41,798 nucleotides of DNA from a virus. Lineage: Duplodnaviria > Heunggongvirae > Uroviricota > Caudoviricetes. The notes under the pieces were generated by a model, which was given only the letters and a program-made list of their open reading frames with translations, did no database searches and was not told the DNA's origin. The translations under genes were made by a program, and so were the position numbers. Shown piece by piece: positions 37,002 through 41,798 of the stretch. The stretch is from the IMG/VR virus record IMGVR_UViG_2563366805_000010, positions 1 to 41,798 of that record, one strand, 5' to 3'. The stretch's first letter is position 1. The number at the start of each line of letters is the position of its first letter.

Positions 37002-38201
37002 ATGGCTTTGAACCTCGACACGCTGGGGCTATCGGCAACGGTAACCGCCCAGGGGATTAGTGCGCCTGATTACCAGACAATCCTAGATACACTGACCAGC
37101 TATTTCAGGCAGATTTACGGTAGTGATGCCTACCTCGAACCAGACAGCAAAGATGGGCAAATGGTCGCGCTGGTGGCTCTTGCGGTGCATGACGCTAACA
37201 ATACCGCTATCGAGATCTACAACTCTTTTTCACCGACGACAGCGCAGGCCGCAGCGCTTAGCAACAATGTGAAAATTAACGGGATCACGCGAAAAGTAGC
37301 GACAAACTCTACTGCTGACCTTCTGTTAACCGGTACGGCAGGCACGACTATCACGAATGGCTCCGCACGGGATAAAAACGGCATTATCTGGAATTTTCCA
37401 GCGAGTGTGGCGATCGGCGTTGATGGTACTGTGCTGGTGACGGCCACATGTGCGAATAGCGGTTCGGTTGCGGCGCTGGCCGGGACTATCACCACCATTA
37501 ACACACCGACTCGCGGATGGGTATCAGTCACCAACCCAGCAGCGGCTACGGTTGGTTCTCCGGCCGAGACAGACGCGGAGCTTCGCATCCGGCAGGGCCA
37601 GAGCGTCGCGCTACCGTCAATCACCCCGTTTGAAGGTGTCGACGGTGCTATTGCTAATGTTAATGGCGTGACACGTCACAAACTGTACGAGAATGACACT
37701 GGCTCGACAGATAGCAACGGGCTGCCGCCTCATTCCATTTCTGCGATTGTTGACGGCGGTGATGTGACAGAAATCGCCCAGACCATCAGGGGGAATAAAG
37801 GGCAGGGAACCGCAACTTACGGTAAAACTTCTGTCACAGTGCCGGATACTTATGGTAATCCTCACGTCATCAGTTTTTCGCGCTCTACCGATGTGCCAAT
37901 TTTCGTAGCCATTACCCTGAAAGTTTTTACCGGCTATACCTCTCAAATCGGCGAGCAGATTAAACAGGCTGTTGCCGATTATATAAATGGCCTGACAATT
38001 GGCGACGACGTTCTGCTGAGCCGTATTTATTCCCCGGCAAACCTCGGCGTTGTGAGCGGCGGGAATGCCCGCTATTACGATATTACCGACCTGCTGATCG
38101 GTAAGTCGTCTGGCAGCGTATCGGCATCAAACATTGATATTGCCTATGATGCTTCTGCGTCCTGTAGCACCGCGAATATCAGTATCACGGTGACCTCATG
38201 A
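37002..38201 (+). CDS. Baseplate J-like protein
   Basis: 399 aa; AETDAELRIRQ and C-terminal beta-rich region typical of the baseplate J family; order as Mu gp47 and e14 jayE. Confidence 0.7.
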   Translation: MALNLDTLGLSATVTAQGISAPDYQTILDTLTSYFRQIYGSDAYLEPDSKDGQMVALVALAVHDANNTAIEIYNSFSPTTAQAAALSNNVKINGITRKVATNSTADLLLTGTAGTTITNGSARDKNGIIWNFPASVAIGVDGTVLVTATCANSGSVAALAGTITTINTPTRGWVSVTNPAAATVGSPAETDAELRIRQGQSVALPSITPFEGVDGAIANVNGVTRHKLYENDTGSTDSNGLPPHSISAIVDGGDVTEIAQTIRGNKGQGTATYGKTSVTVPDTYGNPHVISFSRSTDVPIFVAITLKVFTGYTSQIGEQIKQAVADYINGLTIGDDVLLSRIYSPANLGVVSGGNARYYDITDLLIGKSSGSVSASNIDIAYDASASCSTANISITVTS

Positions 38202-38878
38202 GCAAATACACCGAACTGATCACTAACTACCACGCTACCAAGCCACTCTTTTTTGACCATATAGATCTGAGCACCCGCCCGCTGATTGATGTGTCCAGCA
38301 CTATGTCAGGGCTTATAACAGCCTTCGATATCGATACTGCTGTCGGTGTACAGCTCGACATCCTCGGTCTGTGGATCGGACGCAGTCGCATAGTCAGCCA
38401 GCCAATTAGCGGAGTTTATTTCAGCTGGGACACTGACGGGCTTGGGTATGACCAGGGCATCTGGCAAGGGCCATATGATCCTGATTCTGGCTATACGACG
38501 CTAAGCGATGAGACGTACCGCATCATTCTGAAAGCGAAAATCGCTATCAACAACTGGGACGGTCGGAACGACTCTCTGCCTCCCATCCTTGACGCTGCTA
38601 CCGCAGGCTCAGGCCTGAGGATGCAGATCGTCGACAACCAGGACATGACGATTTCGGTCTGGGTTTTCCCTGAAACTGATATTTCTGATGCGTCTCTCGA
38701 ACTGATCGCCGCTATCAAACAGGGCTATCTCACCGTTAAATCAGCTGGCGTATGGGCCGGTGATGTTGAAACGCCTTCGGTAGAAACACCGTCAGAAGGC
38801 TCTAAATTCTTTGGGTTTGATATGGATAACGAATACATCGGCGGGTTCGATGTTGGAGCATGGGGGACAATACTCTAA
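38198..38878 (+). CDS. Tail protein (Mu gp48 / YmfQ-like, DUF2313)
   Basis: 226 aa directly upstream of tail fibre, as ymfQ in e14. Confidence 0.6.
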   Translation: MSKYTELITNYHATKPLFFDHIDLSTRPLIDVSSTMSGLITAFDIDTAVGVQLDILGLWIGRSRIVSQPISGVYFSWDTDGLGYDQGIWQGPYDPDSGYTTLSDETYRIILKAKIAINNWDGRNDSLPPILDAATAGSGLRMQIVDNQDMTISVWVFPETDISDASLELIAAIKQGYLTVKSAGVWAGDVETPSVETPSEGSKFFGFDMDNEYIGGFDVGAWGTIL

Positions 38879-39819
38879 TGGCAATAAACAACTTTAAACC
38901 TTTCGCGCTTGATCCGAACGCTAACGTCACCTCACAAGCTGACTGGGAAGCACTTCCGGCTCTGCTTTCAGGGTTTACGGCAGGTAAAGCATCCAGCGCA
39001 CAGGTCAACAAAGCTATTCGGCAAGCCAGCTTTATCGCGGCAGCGTTGGCGCAGTACACCGCCAACAAAAGCGGGCTGGATGTGCTTGATGATGGAGACC
39101 TGAACGGGTTTATATCCAAAATGAGGACCGCTTTCGGGAAAGATTTCCAGGCGCTTGATGCCACGCTGTCGGCATTAGCTGGGCTCGCAACAGGTGCAAA
39201 TAAACTCCCATATTTCACTGGAAATGATACAGCAGCGCAGACTGATTTAACTTCTGTTGGCCGTGACATTATTGGGAAAAATACTATTGCTGACATTCTC
39301 ACATACCTTGGTTTAGGAGAAGGCTCAGCATTGCCTGTTGGCGTACCTGTTCCGTGGCCCTCAGCCACTCCGCCAACAGGCTGGCTAAAATGCAACGGAG
39401 CAGCTTTTTCTGCTGAAGAATACCCAGAACTGGCAAAGGCTTACCCGACAAATAAATTGCCTGATTTACGTGGTGAGTTTATTCGTGGCTGGGATGACGG
39501 ACGTGGTATGGATACGGGGAGGGCAATATTATCAGCTCAGGGCGATGCCATACGTAATATCTATGGTGAGTTCAAGACTGTAAACACCGAAAATTATTCA
39601 ATATGGGAATCAGTAGACTCGTTTAAGGGGGCAGTGGTGCCTTTGAATCCCTCAACGAACAATAGTTATTTCTCCTTAATCAGAAGTATGGTGACTGAAA
39701 GAGCAGATGGCGCTGTTTACCCAAAAGTGATTGGCCTTGATGCTTCAAGAATTGTTCCAACTGCAAACGAAAACCGTCCTCGTAACATTGCCTTTAATTA
39801 TATCGTGAGGGCTGCCTGA
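38878..39819 (+). CDS. Tail fibre protein (currently expressed variant)
   Basis: 313 aa; constant N-terminal part, crossover site at codons for ILTYLGLGEG, C-terminal receptor-binding part with PWPSATPPTGW...LPDLRGEFIRGWDDGRG. Confidence 0.8.
   Translation: MAINNFKPFALDPNANVTSQADWEALPALLSGFTAGKASSAQVNKAIRQASFIAAALAQYTANKSGLDVLDDGDLNGFISKMRTAFGKDFQALDATLSALAGLATGANKLPYFTGNDTAAQTDLTSVGRDIIGKNTIADILTYLGLGEGSALPVGVPVPWPSATPPTGWLKCNGAAFSAEEYPELAKAYPTNKLPDLRGEFIRGWDDGRGMDTGRAILSAQGDAIRNIYGEFKTVNTENYSIWESVDSFKGAVVPLNPSTNNSYFSLIRSMVTERADGAVYPKVIGLDASRIVPTANENRPRNIAFNYIVRAA
39296..39321. repeat. Left recombination site of the invertible segment
   Basis: TTCTCACATACC-TT-GGTTTAGGAGAA; its right half matches the reverse complement of the right site 11 of 12. 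Confidence 0.55.
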
Positions 39820-40421
39820 TGAATAAAGCCGTATTAAATAACGAACTCATTGCCACAAAGACGGGAGATATTACCGTTTATAATTATGATGGTGAAACGC
39901 GGGAATATATTTCTACATCAACTGAATATCTTGCTGTTGGCGTCGGTATCCCGGCATGTTCTTGTTTAGATGCGCCAGTTACACATAAAGCTGGTTATGC
40001 TATCTGCCGCTCAGCAGATTTTAACTCATGGGAATATGTGCCAGACCATCGCGGTGAAGTTGTCTATAACACCGAAACGGGAGAATCAAAAGAAATCACA
40101 GCTCCGGGTGATTATCCTGAAAACACGACCACTATCGCCCCGTTAACGCCATACGATAAATGGGATGGTGAGAAATGGGTAACAGATACTGAGGCACAGC
40201 ATAGCGCAGCAGTCGAAGCGGCAGAAGCACAGCGTCAGTCACTGATTGATGCTGCAATGGCTTCCATTAGTCTGATTCAACTGAAATTACAGGCCGGGCG
40301 GAAGCTGACGCAGGCAGAAACAACCCGCCTTAACGCTGTGCTGGATTACATTGACGCGGTGATGGCAACAGATACCAGCACAGCGCCGGATGTCATCTGG
40401 CCTGAACTGCCGGAGGCGTAG
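39819..40421 (+). CDS. Tail fibre assembly protein (Tfa)
   Basis: 200 aa; stop/start coupled to fibre gene; C-terminal [10 protein letters not shown]. Confidence 0.75.
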   Translation: MNKAVLNNELIATKTGDITVYNYDGETREYISTSTEYLAVGVGIPACSCLDAPVTHKAGYAICRSADFNSWEYVPDHRGEVVYNTETGESKEITAPGDYPENTTTIAPLTPYDKWDGEKWVTDTEAQHSAAVEAAEAQRQSLIDAAMASISLIQLKLQAGRKLTQAETTRLNAVLDYIDAVMATDTSTAPDVIWPELPEA

Positions 40422-40812
40422 GCCATTCAATATCGAGTGCTGTTGAAGTATTAATACGCATCAATAGCACTCGATATTTTTTCCATGCCAGTAACAGTTT
40501 CGTTTCATCATTTGTTGCCATACCTAAATCAACCGCATCCTGAAGCGGAGCTATTACATTCGTTGCCTCTGCTATCAGTGCAGATTTCTTTTCATCATTT
40601 ATTAAGGCTAATTGTTCTGGTGTTGGAGAAGGACGGTCAACAATGACAGGATGACCGTTCTCACCACAGGTAATCATTTTTGTTACACTCTGTGCATTAA
40701 TCAGTGTTTTCCACTCTGATTCCGAGATTTCCACTGCATCATCAGGAATATTGGTGCCGTGAAATTCAGTCGAATAAAATCCGTTTGTCGATGCAGAATA
40801 AAAATATGACAT
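40393..40812 (-). CDS. Alternative tail fibre assembly protein (Tfa')
   Basis: 139 aa on minus strand; C-terminal DIEWPTPP parallels the plus-strand Tfa; start 5 nt after the minus-strand fibre cassette stop. Confidence 0.6.
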   Translation of the reverse strand: MSYFYSASTNGFYSTEFHGTNIPDDAVEISESEWKTLINAQSVTKMITCGENGHPVIVDRPSPTPEQLALINDEKKSALIAEATNVIAPLQDAVDLGMATNDETKLLLAWKKYRVLLMRINTSTALDIEWPTPPAVQAR

Positions 40813-40816
40813 TTTG

Positions 40817-41177
40817 TTAATATCCCATTGCAATGTAATACGCATCAGCAGATGAACCGTATCCTGAACCGGGCGATACTGTAATATCAAATCCAGTGTT
40901 ATGGACATTTGTCGCCGATACAGTCGGCTGCCCTGACGCGCCAGTAACGTTCAATGTAACTGTGACAGCAAGGACTCTTGAGAATGTCATCGGGAACCTC
41001 ATCCCGTATATTGAAGATACATTCGGGGAGCCATTCAACTGACCGCACTGTAAAATTAATCCAGACGGAAATTTTTGCGCAGCAGCCGTTGCGGTATTAC
41101 TTGACGCGAACAGGCTCATATCAGGTATCTGATTCGCCCCTGTACCTACATTCCTTTTAGCTGCTTCTCCCAAACCA
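40817..41177 (-). other. Silent alternative tail-fibre C-terminal cassette
   Basis: Minus-strand frame open from the right crossover site (codons for VGLGEAAK) to TAA at 40817; no start codon or SD of its own. Confidence 0.6.
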
Positions 41178-41190
41178 ACCTTTTTTATAA
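41165..41190. repeat. Right recombination site of the invertible segment
   Basis: TTCTCCCAAACC-AA-CCTTTTTTATAA, resembling gix/hix-type sites (memory-based comparison), about 60 bp upstream of the invertase gene. Confidence 0.55.
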
Positions 41191-41220
41191 CCATCAAAAA
41201 TCTGGTGATGCTTCGCCGTT

Positions 41221-41243
41221 TCTCCTGTTTTCATAACAGGAGA
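41221..41243 (+). promoter_or_regulatory. Perfect 9-bp-stem hairpin containing the invertase Shine-Dalgarno
   Basis: TCTCCTGTT-TTCAT-AACAGGAGA; the 3' arm holds AGGAGA located 7 nt upstream of the pin ATG. Confidence 0.35.
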
Positions 41244-41249
41244 AATCCC

Positions 41250-41798
41250 ATGATTTACGGTTATGCCCGAGTATCAACAAACCACCAGGACACTGAATTG
41301 CAACTAACGGCGCTCAAGTCAGCGGGTTGTGAGAAAATTTTTGAAGAGCATGCCAGCGGGAGGAAATCGAATCGGCCGGTTCTAAAACGGCTGATCGCCA
41401 CTATGCAGCCGGGGGATGAACTGGTGGTCTGGAAGCTGGACAGGATAGGCCGCAACGTTCTGCATGCGCTGTTGATGTTCCAGCAGTTACAGGAAAAGGG
41501 TATCAACTTCCGCAGTATTACCGATGGCGTGGATCTCAAAACAGCCAGCGGCCGCTATAACTTTCGTAACATCCTTTCCGCAGCACAATATGAATCTGAT
41601 CTTAATAGCGAACGTACCTTAGCAGGGCTGGCCGTAGCCAGGGCAAAAGGGCGAGTTGGTGGTCGCAGGCCTAAGTTCACGGATGAGCAATGGCGGGAAA
41701 TGGGGGAGCGGATGGCAACCGGTGAATCACGACAAAGCGTATCAAAAACGTATGGAGTAGGGCTCTCAACTCTGTATAAAAAGTTTCCAGCTAGCTGA
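41250..41798 (+). CDS. pin: Serine-recombinase DNA invertase (Pin/Gin/Hin family)
   Basis: MIYGYARVSTNHQD with catalytic Ser, resolvase-type catalytic domain and C-terminal HTH (GESRQSVSKTYGVGLSTLYKK); stop codon is the last triplet of the window. Confidence 0.9.
   Translation: MIYGYARVSTNHQDTELQLTALKSAGCEKIFEEHASGRKSNRPVLKRLIATMQPGDELVVWKLDRIGRNVLHALLMFQQLQEKGINFRSITDGVDLKTASGRYNFRNILSAAQYESDLNSERTLAGLAVARAKGRVGGRRPKFTDEQWREMGERMATGESRQSVSKTYGVGLSTLYKKFPAS

Larger units (their letters stand above)
39296..41190. mobile_element. Invertible tail-fibre host-range segment (Mu G / P1 C / e14 P-region type)
   Basis: Bounded by inverted 26-bp sites; contains fibre C-terminus and Tfa on plus, alternative Tfa and promoter-less fibre C-terminus on minus; serine invertase adjacent. 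Confidence 0.65.

Noticed and set aside
1-41798. Insertion sequences or transposase genes
   Set aside because: No transposase-like ORF or terminal inverted repeat pair was seen; the only recombinases are the integrase and the serine invertase.

Overview
The window is essentially one prophage of the e14/SfV type from an enterobacterial host: lambda-like regulation, replication and lysis joined to a contractile tail with a Mu-like baseplate. All calls are from reading the sequence and ORF track by eye; no homology search was run. Left to right: P4-type integrase with a convergent AlpA-like excisionase; a leftward early operon from a predicted PL (~6.5 kb) carrying coupled small ORFs, an AT-rich two-gene cassette of unknown function, a DnaQ-like exonuclease, Sak4, an SSB-like protein and an orphan Dam methylase; an immunity switch (cI on minus, cro and cII on plus, divergent PRM/PR over ATCGC..GCGAT operators); replication genes (O-like initiator with in-gene iterons, DnaB helicase); accessory genes including a MazG-like protein; nin region (NinB, RusA) and a Q-like gene; a late-promoter/terminator region with a tRNA-Asn-like gene; a lambda-like lysis cassette (S holin, lysozyme, Rz/Rz1); Rha; terminase, portal and head genes; tail sheath, tube, chaperone with a predicted -1 frameshift, tape measure with a lytic transglycosylase domain; baseplate genes interrupted by an AT-rich moron island; and a tail fibre whose C-terminus lies in a Pin/Gin-type invertible segment, with the invertase at the right edge. 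The best candidates for undescribed biology are the AT-rich cassette at 5014-5916 and the tail-module island at 34952-35896; both are uncharacterised by anything I can recognise.
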